Counted from the stretch's first letter, positions 18,587-27,661 are shown. The stretch: DNA of 64,000 bases from Gammaproteobacteria bacterium (GCA_965223825.1 OZ245018.1:1171328-1235327), one strand, 5' to 3'. Translations and numbers: made by a program. The notes: generated by a model from the sequence alone, not told the origin.

Positions 18587-19405
18587 ATGGCGATAACGAA
18601 CATCTCGCTCACAGCAGGTATGCGTTCAAATTTATTGAGCCTGCAACAAACAGATTCATTACTCACACGAACTCAAGAACGTCTTGCTACCGGCAAAAAG
18701 GTAAATAGTGCGTTAGATAATGCACAGGCATTTTTTGCTGCCAGTGCAAACACGAATCGTGCTGAAAGCCTCGATTTACGTAAAGATGCGATGGGCCAAG
18801 CCATTCAAGTGGTTAAAGCAGCGGATGCAGGTATTACAGCGATCAACTCACTGCTCGATCAAGCTGTGGGTATAGTTGCGACAGCAAAAGGTAGTTTGGC
18901 GAACACGGCAGACGATGCGACATTAGCATCACAATATAACGAAATCATTAGCCAAATTAACGATATCGTTGATGACTCTGGTTATTCCGGTACGAACTTA
19001 CTTAAAGGTCTTGAATCACTGACCGTTGTCTTCAATGCTGCAGGTGATAACTCTCTCACAATAAGCGGTGTGTCTTCAGATACAACTACACTTGCTGTAA
19101 CGACGGCATTTGACGGTGCGACGGGCACAACTCTCGATACGATCACGACCGAAATTGCTGCTGCAAAAAGCACGTTACAATCGACATCGACATCTCTGTC
19201 TGGTTCGTTAGGCGTCATTAATGCGCGTCAAGAATTTACCGACTCGATGGTTAACGTATTGGAAACAGGGGCGGATAAACTTACTTTGGCTGACACGAAT
19301 GAGGAAGGCGCGAACATGCTTGCTCTGCAAACACGTCAGCAATTGGGTACGATATCGCTATCATTGGCGAACCAGTCTGCACAGGCGGTACTGCAGTTGT
19401 TCTAA
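18587..19405 (+). CDS. Flagellin 1 (short, 272 aa, alphaproteobacterial/FlbT-FlaF-associated type)
   Basis: RSNLLSLQQT...TQERLATGKKVNSALDN, SGYSGTNLL, LTLADTNEEGANMLALQTRQQLG, SLANQSAQAVLQLF. Confidence 0.95.
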   Translation: MAITNISLTAGMRSNLLSLQQTDSLLTRTQERLATGKKVNSALDNAQAFFAASANTNRAESLDLRKDAMGQAIQVVKAADAGITAINSLLDQAVGIVATAKGSLANTADDATLASQYNEIISQINDIVDDSGYSGTNLLKGLESLTVVFNAAGDNSLTISGVSSDTTTLAVTTAFDGATGTTLDTITTEIAAAKSTLQSTSTSLSGSLGVINARQEFTDSMVNVLETGADKLTLADTNEEGANMLALQTRQQLGTISLSLANQSAQAVLQLF

Positions 19406-19465
19406 TCATACGTTTAGAGCAATTTACAATTCGATTGGTTTTCTGCTTATCAGGCAACCAATCTC

Positions 19466-19496
19466 AAACGGGGCTTTCGGGCCCCGTTTTTATTTT
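19466..19496 (+). terminator. Rho-independent terminator after flagellin 1
   Basis: AAACGGGGCT-TTCG-GGCCCCGTTT followed by TTATTTT. Confidence 0.85.
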
Positions 19497-19565
19497 GAGC
19501 TGTCTTTATCATGGCGTGTTCTCGACACGTTTCTGACAAAACCCCTGCTTGCGTCAATATTCCGC

Positions 19566-19592
19566 TAAAGTTTTTAATCCGATTGCCGTTAC
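19566..19592 (+). promoter_or_regulatory. sigma28 (FliA) promoter of flagellin 2
   Basis: TAAA(19566-69)-N15-GCCGTTAC(19585-92), compared with consensus TAAA-N15-GCCGATAA. Confidence 0.7.
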
Positions 19593-19719
19593 CTTATTTC
19601 GACACATTCTCACTTTTTGAATGTGGGACGTTCCATGATGGAACGTGTTAAAGGAGTAAGACTATTTAAGCCCGACAAGAATTGTTAGGCAAAGCCAACC
19701 TAGAAAAGGAGAAAGGACT

Positions 19720-20535
19720 ATGGCAACAGGTATCTCAATCTCAGCAGGCATGCGTTCAAACTTATTGAGTCTGCAACAAACAGATTCATTATTGACACGT
19801 ACGCAAGAACGTCTGGCAACCGGTAAGAAAGTAAATAGCGCGTTGGATAATGCGCAATCCTTCTTTACTGCAGCAGCAAACAACTCTCGTGCAGAATCCT
19901 TAGCATCTCGTAAAGATGCGATGGGTCAAGCGATTCAGGTTGTTAAAGCAGCCGATGCTGGTATCTCAGCAATTAACTCATTGCTCGATCAGGCAGCTGG
20001 TATTGTTGCAACAGCGAAAGGTAGTTTGAGTGACACATCTGATGATGCTGCACTCGCAACGCAATATAATGAAATCATCTCACAAATCAACACAATCGTT
20101 GAAGATTCAGGTTACTCTGGTACGAATCTGTTAGACGGTGATGAGTCTCTGACGGTTTCATTTAACGCGGCTGGTGACAACACATTAACGATTAGTGGTG
20201 TATCTTCAGATTCGACTGCGTTAGCGGTGACAACGTCATTTGATGGCGCAACAGGCTCAACTCTGGATACGATCACGACTGAAATTGCAGCAGCTAAGTC
20301 TACTCTGCAATCAACATCAACGGCTCTATCTGGTTCACTTGGTGTAATCAATGCACGTCAGGAATTCACTGATGCGATGATCAATACCTTGCAAACTGGT
20401 GCTGATAAGTTGACGTTGGCAGATAGTAATGAAGAAGGCGCTAACATGCTTGCCCTGCAAACACGTCAGCAGCTGGGTACGATCTCATTAAGTTTGGCTA
20501 ACCAGTCAAACCAAGCAGTATTGAGATTGTTCTAG
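19720..20535 (+). CDS. Flagellin 2 (271 aa), paralog of flagellin 1
   Basis: Same conserved termini; about 85% identical to flagellin 1 by eye, with many synonymous differences. Confidence 0.95.
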   Translation: MATGISISAGMRSNLLSLQQTDSLLTRTQERLATGKKVNSALDNAQSFFTAAANNSRAESLASRKDAMGQAIQVVKAADAGISAINSLLDQAAGIVATAKGSLSDTSDDAALATQYNEIISQINTIVEDSGYSGTNLLDGDESLTVSFNAAGDNTLTISGVSSDSTALAVTTSFDGATGSTLDTITTEIAAAKSTLQSTSTALSGSLGVINARQEFTDAMINTLQTGADKLTLADSNEEGANMLALQTRQQLGTISLSLANQSNQAVLRLF

Positions 20536-20600
20536 AGATTAAAGTAAGTCCAGATTGAAAAGGCGATCAGGATGATCGCAGTACAATCTAAATATAGTGT

Positions 20601-20624
20601 GGGTGGGGGCTGATGTCCTCACCC
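20601..20624 (+). other. GC-rich hairpin without U tract between flagellin 2 and the next ORF
   Basis: GGGTGGGGGC-TGAT-GTCCTCACCC, just upstream of the GGAGG ribosome binding site. Confidence 0.45.
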
Positions 20625-20646
20625 TATCTCACGGAGGAGATACACT

Positions 20647-21441
20647 ATGAGTAACGTAACCGAAGGACTCTCGGTGGTTTCTTCAGTTAATCATCGGCAA
20701 GTCATATCTTCAACTGATCAGAAGCAAACACCCGCAACGGATGAGTTGGGTGGGCGGTCGAATCAGAATCCCGTTTTTCCTGACAAAATTTCCTTATCGA
20801 ATTTTGACATCAGTTATTCGACCATTCAACGTAGAAATGAGTCGACTAACCAAGTGGCAAGTACGATCCGCCAAGCGGATAAAGTGATGTCAGAAGTGGG
20901 CGAATTGATCAAAGAAAAACGTTTCGAAATTGGTCAATATGAAAAGCAATATCCGCCTTTACAGAGTGAAACTTCTGAAAAAGTGGAATTCTTGAATTCT
21001 TTATCATCTCTAAAAAAACAAATCGACGCTTTAACCACCTTGCCTGATCTGAAAGAGGTTGCACGCATCATTGGTGATCCAAGCAAAGAAAGTGGTTCGA
21101 TTGAAAATGAGTACGGTATCTCGCCAGTTAGACAACATGAGATCCATTCTGGCCCGAGTGGCCTAAATATTGCTTCGATCAACTCCGATGCAAATGACAG
21201 TGTAGTCCGACAGTTTGGACAAGATCTTGCAAGAGCAGAACATAAGCTAGAGCGGCGACAACAAGCCTTAGCGACAGATGCAAAACTGTTAGCAAATGAG
21301 TTAAGCATAGGTGAATCAATGGTCAAAACTGAAAAAGAAGCCGAATCAAAAAGCCAGGAAGTCAAGCAAGCCCTGATCGTGATGAATGATGGAGCAAACT
21401 TAATTGGCGAAGGTTCAAAACTACTGGAGAGTTTGAATTAA
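20647..21441 (+). CDS. Hypothetical coiled-coil protein, weakly flagellin-N-like
   Basis: GGAGG RBS; TAATG overlap with flbT; the segment NQVASTIRQADKVMSEVGELI resembles flagellin D1 helices. Confidence 0.75.
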   Translation: MSNVTEGLSVVSSVNHRQVISSTDQKQTPATDELGGRSNQNPVFPDKISLSNFDISYSTIQRRNESTNQVASTIRQADKVMSEVGELIKEKRFEIGQYEKQYPPLQSETSEKVEFLNSLSSLKKQIDALTTLPDLKEVARIIGDPSKESGSIENEYGISPVRQHEIHSGPSGLNIASINSDANDSVVRQFGQDLARAEHKLERRQQALATDAKLLANELSIGESMVKTEKEAESKSQEVKQALIVMNDGANLIGEGSKLLESLN

Positions 21442-21848
21442 TGCCCTTAAAAATTTCCTTAAAACCCCATGAAAAAATCTACATGGGCGGTGCGGTTCTA
21501 CAAAATGGTGGGACGGCAAGTGAGTTGAGTGTTCTCAATGAGGCCACGATCTTACGTGAAAAAGATATTTTGACGGATGAATCAGCAAACAGTCCTTGTC
21601 GACGGATCTACCTGACTATTCAACTCATGTATATGGAGCAAAAAAATCTGGCGCCTTTTCATGAAACATACTGGTCACAGGTTCGTGAGATCGTTGATGC
21701 AGCGCCCAGTTTCACTGAGTTGTTGAGACAAATTAGTGAAGAAATTTTAGATGAAAATTTTTACAAAGCTCTCAAGCTTACTAAGAAACTTATTGATAGA
21801 GAATCAGAGGTACTAAAGCATGCAACATTCTGCAGCGAAGGCGTATGA
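21441..21848 (+). CDS. flbT: Flagellin translational regulator FlbT
   Basis: MPLKISLKPHEKIYMGGAVLQNG, ILREKDIL, SPCRRIYLTIQLMY, YKALK..KKLIDRE. Confidence 0.9.
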   Translation: MPLKISLKPHEKIYMGGAVLQNGGTASELSVLNEATILREKDILTDESANSPCRRIYLTIQLMYMEQKNLAPFHETYWSQVREIVDAAPSFTELLRQISEEILDENFYKALKLTKKLIDRESEVLKHATFCSEGV

Positions 21849-22215
21849 CAGCATAAACAAAGCGGCGATGTCTCCACGTCAGCTGGAAGCCGCTATTTTA
21901 AATCGTGCCGCAGCGATGCTGAAATCAGTTCAGGAAAGTTGGGAACAGGCCGATCACGAAGAGCGATTGTTTAATGCACTTCGATATAACCAACGACTCT
22001 GGAGTGTCTTTCAGGCAGAGTTATCTTCTGATGAAAGTCTTTTACCGAAAAAGTTACGAGAAGATTTACTCTCGATCAGCTTATTTATCGATAAACGCAC
22101 ATTTGAATTGATGGCGATGCCTGAGCGCGAAAAAGTGACTTCGTTAGTTTCCATCAACCAAAATATTGCAGCTGGCTTGAATACCGTACCTGAAAAAGTC
22201 GCAGAGCCAGCATAG
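21820..22215 (+). CDS. flaF: Flagellin regulator FlaF
   Basis: AAKAY, SPRQLEA, ALRYNQRLWSVFQAEL, LPKKLREDLLSISLFIDKRT, LVSINQNIAAGL; overlaps flbT. Confidence 0.9.
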   Translation: MQHSAAKAYDSINKAAMSPRQLEAAILNRAAAMLKSVQESWEQADHEERLFNALRYNQRLWSVFQAELSSDESLLPKKLREDLLSISLFIDKRTFELMAMPEREKVTSLVSINQNIAAGLNTVPEKVAEPA

Positions 22216-22228
22216 CGATGATCATTAT

Positions 22229-22258
22229 CTTCACGGCCAAGAAAAATTGGCCGTGAAG
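22229..22258 (+). terminator. 12-bp hairpin after flaF
   Basis: CTTCACGGCCAA-gaaaaa-TTGGCCGTGAAG. Confidence 0.55.
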
Positions 22259-22534
22259 GTGTGTAATTTAAGAAAGTTATCATTAATTAACAATCCTTAT
22301 GTGAAGGATTGAAAACTCAGTACTCACTTCTCCTACAATCAGCAAAATTTGCACTATAATATTATAAAAATCAGCATGATATGTTGATCGCGTTATTGCA
22401 ATATAACGGTATTGTAGTCAGTCAAAGACCAATTTCAGATCAGTATAAACGTGCTCACACCAAATCGAAATAATCGATAGAAAAAAGGGCATTACGCATG
22501 GGGATAGTGCATTTAAGGGATCATAATTTAGTGG

Positions 22535-23110
22535 ATGAGGTGTATGTTACAGCCTGATCAAAAAGCGGGTTTAGCGATTACAGATCACTATCCGTTGAAG
22601 GTAGAACGCGTCACAGACGGGTTTTCTGATCGGCAAATTTACGACTTAACGTTGTCAGCAAAAGACGTTCTAAATGCGGTGATCACATTGGAACAAATGG
22701 CCGGTGAAAAACCTGACTCAAATGCAAAATCTGACGCTCCAGAACTTTATCGACTAGAACAAAAGCTTGATTTTGTTACAGAATTACTAACGAAGGTCAT
22801 TCAAGCCCAAGCGGGCGTACCAGTGAAGTCTGCGATCAGTTTAAGTGCATCCCAACTGGAATGGACGACAGATAAGCAATATTCTGTGGGAGAATTGTGC
22901 ACTGTTTCAATCCATTTAAGTGCGCGTTATCCGCTCCCGTTAACAGTCCCGTTAAGGCTAAAATTAAGCCAAAACCCAGGGTGCTGTATGGGAGAAATTC
23001 TTCTAAACGATCCGGAATTTTTTGATGATCTAACACGACTGATATTTTTAATTCATCGTCGTCAAATAGCACGAAACCGCATGTTGAAGTCGACGAATGC
23101 AAATGCATGA
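22535..23110 (+). CDS. Atypical (tetrameric-type) PilZ domain protein
   Basis: RLEQKLDFVTELL helix, ISLSASQLEW, and C-terminal LTRLIFLIHRRQIA. Confidence 0.65.
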   Translation: MRCMLQPDQKAGLAITDHYPLKVERVTDGFSDRQIYDLTLSAKDVLNAVITLEQMAGEKPDSNAKSDAPELYRLEQKLDFVTELLTKVIQAQAGVPVKSAISLSASQLEWTTDKQYSVGELCTVSIHLSARYPLPLTVPLRLKLSQNPGCCMGEILLNDPEFFDDLTRLIFLIHRRQIARNRMLKSTNANA

Positions 23111-23274
23111 CAGATTTTTGACCAAATAGTGTTTTAATGTTTTACTTTAACGCTATTAAGGGAGGGTATGATTTAATGAGTGAAAAAAAAGAATTAGTTC
23201 ACACTCATGTCTGCGTACACAACGTAATCCCTACGGACTTACATTCTTTATTCATATAAATAAGGACTTTAATT

Positions 23275-24699
23275 ATGGCCAATGGCAGTGTACTCATCAT
23301 AGAAGATAATGCCGAGCAACGATCTCAAATTAAGGCTGTGCTGGAGTACTTGGAGTATTCGCCAGTCATTGCTGTTGATCACCAAGGGTGGGAACCTCAT
23401 CTAGGCGGAAAAGATAACGCACAGATTTTACTGTTAGGTGGTTGCAGTGAAACACGCAATTTGATGGATGTGTTTAGACGGGTGAAAAAAACCGATCCTT
23501 ACTTACCCATCGTTCTACTTGTCGATAACGACAAAAACAAACCGAATTTTGAATTGGAAACGGGCATCATTGCGAAAGCCAATGTTCCACTTCGTCAAAA
23601 ACAACTGATTACGGTTCTTGAAAAGGTGAATACGTATCGTGAGAACAGGCACGAAGACGGCGCACCGCGATCCTTAGAATTGTTCCGATCACTTGTCGGT
23701 AGCAGTAAAGGGATTCAGCGTGTCAGACGCATGATCGAAATGGTCGCTTCTTCAGATGCCAATGTCTTGATTACCGGTGAGTCCGGATCAGGCAAAGAGG
23801 TAGTTGCTCGCCATATTCATTATCATTCAACACGTAAAAATAAACCTTTCGTGCCGATTAACTGCGGTGCAATTCCACCAGACTTACTTGAAAGCGAATT
23901 GTTCGGTCATGAGAAGGGCGCTTTCACCGGTGCGATCACTTCCCGTCAGGGACGTTTTGAAATCGCCGAAGGCGGCACGCTTTTCCTTGATGAAATTGGC
24001 GATATGAGTCACAGCATGCAAGTCAAACTTCTGCGTGTTTTACAAGAACGTATTTTTGAGCGTGTCGGCAGTAATAAACCGATCAAGGCGGATGTGCGCA
24101 TTATCGCTGCGACGCATGTGAATCTCGAAGAAGCCATTACAGAAGGGGAGTTTCGTGAAGATCTGTTCTACAGATTGAACGTTTTTCCAATCGAAACGCC
24201 TCCCTTACGCGATCGAATCGAAGATTTGCCATTGTTGATTAACGATCTCACTGAACGTTTGGAACATGAAGGTAACGGCAGTATTCATCTGACACCGGCA
24301 ACGATTCAATCGTTAAGTCAATATGGCTGGCCGGGTAACGTGCGTGAATTAGCGAATTTGATTGAACGATTGTCGATTCTTTATCCGAACGGATCAGTGA
24401 ATGTGGGCGATTTGCCTGAGAAGTATCAATCTGATGAATTGATCAGTGATGCAGATGGTGATGAAGCAAGCTTATTAGCACCACCAGATAATGGCATCAT
24501 GCCGCGTTTACCGCACGGTGGTATCGATTTGAAGGAGCACCTTACAACGCTGGAATACAGCATGATCAAACAGGCACTTGATGAGTCTAATTGGGTTGTT
24601 GCGCATGCTGCAAAGCGCTTACAACTGGGCCGAACCACGCTTGTTGAGAAGATGCGTAAATATAATTTGCAACGCCGCGATGAGGCGTCATCCGCTTGA
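23275..24699 (+). CDS. fleQ: sigma54-dependent flagellar master regulator FleQ/FlrA
   Basis: Degenerate REC domain; LFRSLVG, GESGSGKE, GAFTGA, WPGNVREL, and HTH RTTLVEKMRKY; upstream of fleSR. Confidence 0.93.
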   Translation: MANGSVLIIEDNAEQRSQIKAVLEYLEYSPVIAVDHQGWEPHLGGKDNAQILLLGGCSETRNLMDVFRRVKKTDPYLPIVLLVDNDKNKPNFELETGIIAKANVPLRQKQLITVLEKVNTYRENRHEDGAPRSLELFRSLVGSSKGIQRVRRMIEMVASSDANVLITGESGSGKEVVARHIHYHSTRKNKPFVPINCGAIPPDLLESELFGHEKGAFTGAITSRQGRFEIAEGGTLFLDEIGDMSHSMQVKLLRVLQERIFERVGSNKPIKADVRIIAATHVNLEEAITEGEFREDLFYRLNVFPIETPPLRDRIEDLPLLINDLTERLEHEGNGSIHLTPATIQSLSQYGWPGNVRELANLIERLSILYPNGSVNVGDLPEKYQSDELISDADGDEASLLAPPDNGIMPRLPHGGIDLKEHLTTLEYSMIKQALDESNWVVAHAAKRLQLGRTTLVEKMRKYNLQRRDEASSA

Positions 24700-24763
24700 C
24701 ATTAAACTGAGTGAAAAATCATCTCATTCGGCCAAGTCATTGTTCCTCTTGTAGTTAATTATT

Positions 24764-24778
24764 TGGCATAGTCCTTGC
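24764..24778 (+). promoter_or_regulatory. sigma54 promoter of fleSR
   Basis: TGGCATAGTCCTTGC, GG-N10-GC; it lies only about 12 nt before the listed ATG, so the real start may be a downstream Met. Confidence 0.8.
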
Positions 24779-24790
24779 TCATTCTGATAC

Positions 24791-25936
24791 ATGAATCAGA
24801 GTGAGCAAATGACATTGACCAAGCCATCATCAGAAAGCCTGACTTTCCGTGATCTAAGTGATCAGTCTGTCTTATGCCCAGTAAGCACGACTGAGGTTGT
24901 GTCTTCAACCATTGACGCACGTCAACGTGATCAGCAACTTCGACGTTTAACGAATTTATTGAACGGCTTACCCGGTGCGGTTGTCATGCTCGACGGCGCA
25001 GGTCGAGTGCAGCAATGTAATCCAGCGGCAATCGATTTATTAGGTGCGCCATTACTATCTGAGCGTTGGGGGGATGTCGTGAACCGAGCGTTTGCACCTC
25101 GCTGGGATGATGGTCACGATATTTCATTAGTCAGTGGTCGCATGGTTAACATTTCTACTCAAGCGATGATTGATGAGCCGGGTCAGATTTTACTCATCAA
25201 AGATGTTACAGAAACGCGCCAATTACAAACGCAACTGAATCAAGCGAAACGACTCTCCGCAAAAGGGGAAATGGCCGCCGCCTTAGCACACCAGATTAGA
25301 ACGCCTCTTGCTTCGGCAATGTTGTATTTATCTAATTTACAAAACCATCCGTTGGATGATGCTGCGCGTATTAAATTCACTGGAAAAGCCCTATCCAGAT
25401 TGAATCATTTGGAAAAGCTGATCGAAGACATGCTACTTTTTGCACGTGGTGGTCAGTTCGAACTTGAGCCGGTTTCACTGCAAAAACTACTTAATGATTT
25501 ACAACAACAAGTTGCCCCTCACGCTGAACAAGCCGGTTTTACATTTTCCATTCGCTCCCCAATTTTAGATTGTCCGATCCCTGCGAATGCGGCGGCGTTG
25601 TTGAGTGCACTGCAAAACCTAGTTGATAACGCGATTCAAGCGATCGGAAAAGGCGGTGAATTACGACTCGAAACAGACAAAATTAATGATCGAATGGTAC
25701 GAATTTCGCTTATTGATAATGGCCCCGGTATTCCGGATCAAGTTCGCGAACGCTTGTTTGAACCGTTCGTGACAAGCCGGGCAAATGGGACGGGACTGGG
25801 CTTAGCTGTTGTCCAAGCCGTTATTCGGTCACATCAGGGCTCTATTCAACTGCGAGAAACATCCAGCGCTGGTACACGATTTGAAATTACCTTGCCATTG
25901 ATTGGGCAGAAACAAGAAGGAGCGGTGTCACTATGA
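24791..25936 (+). CDS. fleS: PAS sensor histidine kinase FleS/FlrB
   Basis: AFAPRWDDGHDISL, LAHQIRTPL (H box), DNGPG, GTGLGL. Confidence 0.92.
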   Translation: MNQSEQMTLTKPSSESLTFRDLSDQSVLCPVSTTEVVSSTIDARQRDQQLRRLTNLLNGLPGAVVMLDGAGRVQQCNPAAIDLLGAPLLSERWGDVVNRAFAPRWDDGHDISLVSGRMVNISTQAMIDEPGQILLIKDVTETRQLQTQLNQAKRLSAKGEMAAALAHQIRTPLASAMLYLSNLQNHPLDDAARIKFTGKALSRLNHLEKLIEDMLLFARGGQFELEPVSLQKLLNDLQQQVAPHAEQAGFTFSIRSPILDCPIPANAAALLSALQNLVDNAIQAIGKGGELRLETDKINDRMVRISLIDNGPGIPDQVRERLFEPFVTSRANGTGLGLAVVQAVIRSHQGSIQLRETSSAGTRFEITLPLIGQKQEGAVSL

Positions 25937-27273
25937 AACCTGTTGTACTCATTGTCGAAGATGATCTGGATCTGCGTGAAGCGCTAGTGGATACGCTCGA
26001 GCTGAGTGGCTATGCGACGTTGGCAGCAGAAAATGGGCGCGTGGCGTTACAAATCATTGATGAATCACATATCGATCTGGTGGTGAGTGATGTGCAAATG
26101 GACGAAATGGACGGCCACACCTTACTGAAAAATATTAAATCACGCCGAACTGATTTACCCGTGTTATTGATGACAGCATACGGCACGATTCAAAATGCGA
26201 TCAAAGCGATTCAGGATGGGGCGGTGGATTATCTGGTTAAGCCCTTTGAATCGACTGTTCTCGTTAGCAAAGTTGCGCAGATTATGCCGCAAGCTTTGGC
26301 ATCAGAAGATGGTGTTATTGCGACTGATCCGGTTTTCAAAAAAGTCCTTGATATGGCGCGTCGTGTTGGCCCTAGTGATGCCACTGTGCTGATCACCGGC
26401 GAAAGCGGCACTGGGAAGGAAGTGTTGTTCCGGTATTTACATAATCATTCTGATCGACGTGATAAAGACCCTGTTGCGATCAACTGCGCGGCGATTCCTG
26501 ACAACATGCTTGAAGCGATCTTATTCGGTTATGAAAAAGGTGCTTTCACTGGGGCATATAAAGCAAGCCCCGGTAAGTTTGAACAAGCAGAAGGTAGCAC
26601 CATTTTACTAGATGAAATTTCTGAAATGGATTTGAGTTTACAGGCGAAGCTATTACGCGTGTTACAAGAAAAACAAGTTGAACGTTTAGGCAGCAGCCAG
26701 GTGATTGATCTTGATGTGCGGGTGATCGCAACGTCCAACCGTGACATGCGTGAAGAAGTAAAAGCCGGTCGTTTTAGAGAAGATTTATTCTATCGACTGA
26801 ATGTTTTCCCGATCAAAATGCCAGCCTTGCGTGAACGCTCAGAAGATATTGTGCCACTCGCTGAATACTTACTCAGTCGTGCAGCTAAATCAGAGCAGGG
26901 CATGACGATTGAGCTAACGGAAGTGGCGTGCGAAAAACTGCAAAGACACCCTTGGCCGGGAAATGTACGTGAGTTGGATAACGTTATGCAACGTGCGCTG
27001 ATTCTTTCAAATGGTGGTCAGATTTCCGCCGAAGAGTTGATCATGGAGGAGCTTGATCCAGCATTCGCAGAGCGCCTTATGACAACAGGTAATACCGCTG
27101 ATCTAAACCTTGGGGAAAAGGTAAAAGATCAAGAATATCAAATCATACTTGACGCATTAGAAGAAGGTGACGGAAGTCGAAAATATGCTGCTGAAAAACT
27201 CGGCATCAGTCCACGCACGTTACGGTACAAAATCGCAAAAATGCGCGAAAACGGGATTACCATCCCGGCGTAA
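25933..27273 (+). CDS. fleR: sigma54 response regulator FleR/FlrC
   Basis: REC domain (VEDD, SDVQM), GESGTGKE, GAFTGA, LGISPRTLRYK. Confidence 0.93.
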   Translation: MKPVVLIVEDDLDLREALVDTLELSGYATLAAENGRVALQIIDESHIDLVVSDVQMDEMDGHTLLKNIKSRRTDLPVLLMTAYGTIQNAIKAIQDGAVDYLVKPFESTVLVSKVAQIMPQALASEDGVIATDPVFKKVLDMARRVGPSDATVLITGESGTGKEVLFRYLHNHSDRRDKDPVAINCAAIPDNMLEAILFGYEKGAFTGAYKASPGKFEQAEGSTILLDEISEMDLSLQAKLLRVLQEKQVERLGSSQVIDLDVRVIATSNRDMREEVKAGRFREDLFYRLNVFPIKMPALRERSEDIVPLAEYLLSRAAKSEQGMTIELTEVACEKLQRHPWPGNVRELDNVMQRALILSNGGQISAEELIMEELDPAFAERLMTTGNTADLNLGEKVKDQEYQIILDALEEGDGSRKYAAEKLGISPRTLRYKIAKMRENGITIPA

Positions 27274-27297
27274 GTTGGGTGAGATGAGGGAAAAAGC

Positions 27298-27618
27298 ATG
27301 ACGGACATAGCGATTCAATCTGTATTAGCGCAAATGCGTGCGATGCAAGCGCGCGCCACTGGTGGCGTGAGTGCACCGACGCCAGCGCAAGGTGTGAACG
27401 GTGAATTCGCGACGGCAATGAAATCCGCTGTTGATCATGTCAACGCGACTCAACAAGCGGCGGCAGAAAAAACCAAAGCATTCGAAATGGGTAAAGATGT
27501 CGATCTCGGTGATGTGATGGTGAGTTTGCAAAAATCCAATATTGAATTTCAGGCGACCGTACAAGTAAGAAACAAAATGGTCGAGGCGTATCAACAAATC
27601 ATGAACATGCCGATTTAG
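27298..27618 (+). CDS. fliE: Flagellar hook-basal body protein FliE
   Basis: QVRNKMVEAYQQIMNMPI C-terminus. Confidence 0.95.
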   Translation: MTDIAIQSVLAQMRAMQARATGGVSAPTPAQGVNGEFATAMKSAVDHVNATQQAAAEKTKAFEMGKDVDLGDVMVSLQKSNIEFQATVQVRNKMVEAYQQIMNMPI

Positions 27619-27661
27619 GCAGAAACGTGATCAGATGCATAACAAGCGGTAAAGGACACAC

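Noticed and set aside
19601-19700. Possible c-di-GMP-I riboswitch in the flagellin 2 leader (GTGGGACG, GGCAAAGCC)
   Set aside because: The motif order and the GNRA tetraloop/receptor architecture do not match; kept only as a generic structured leader.
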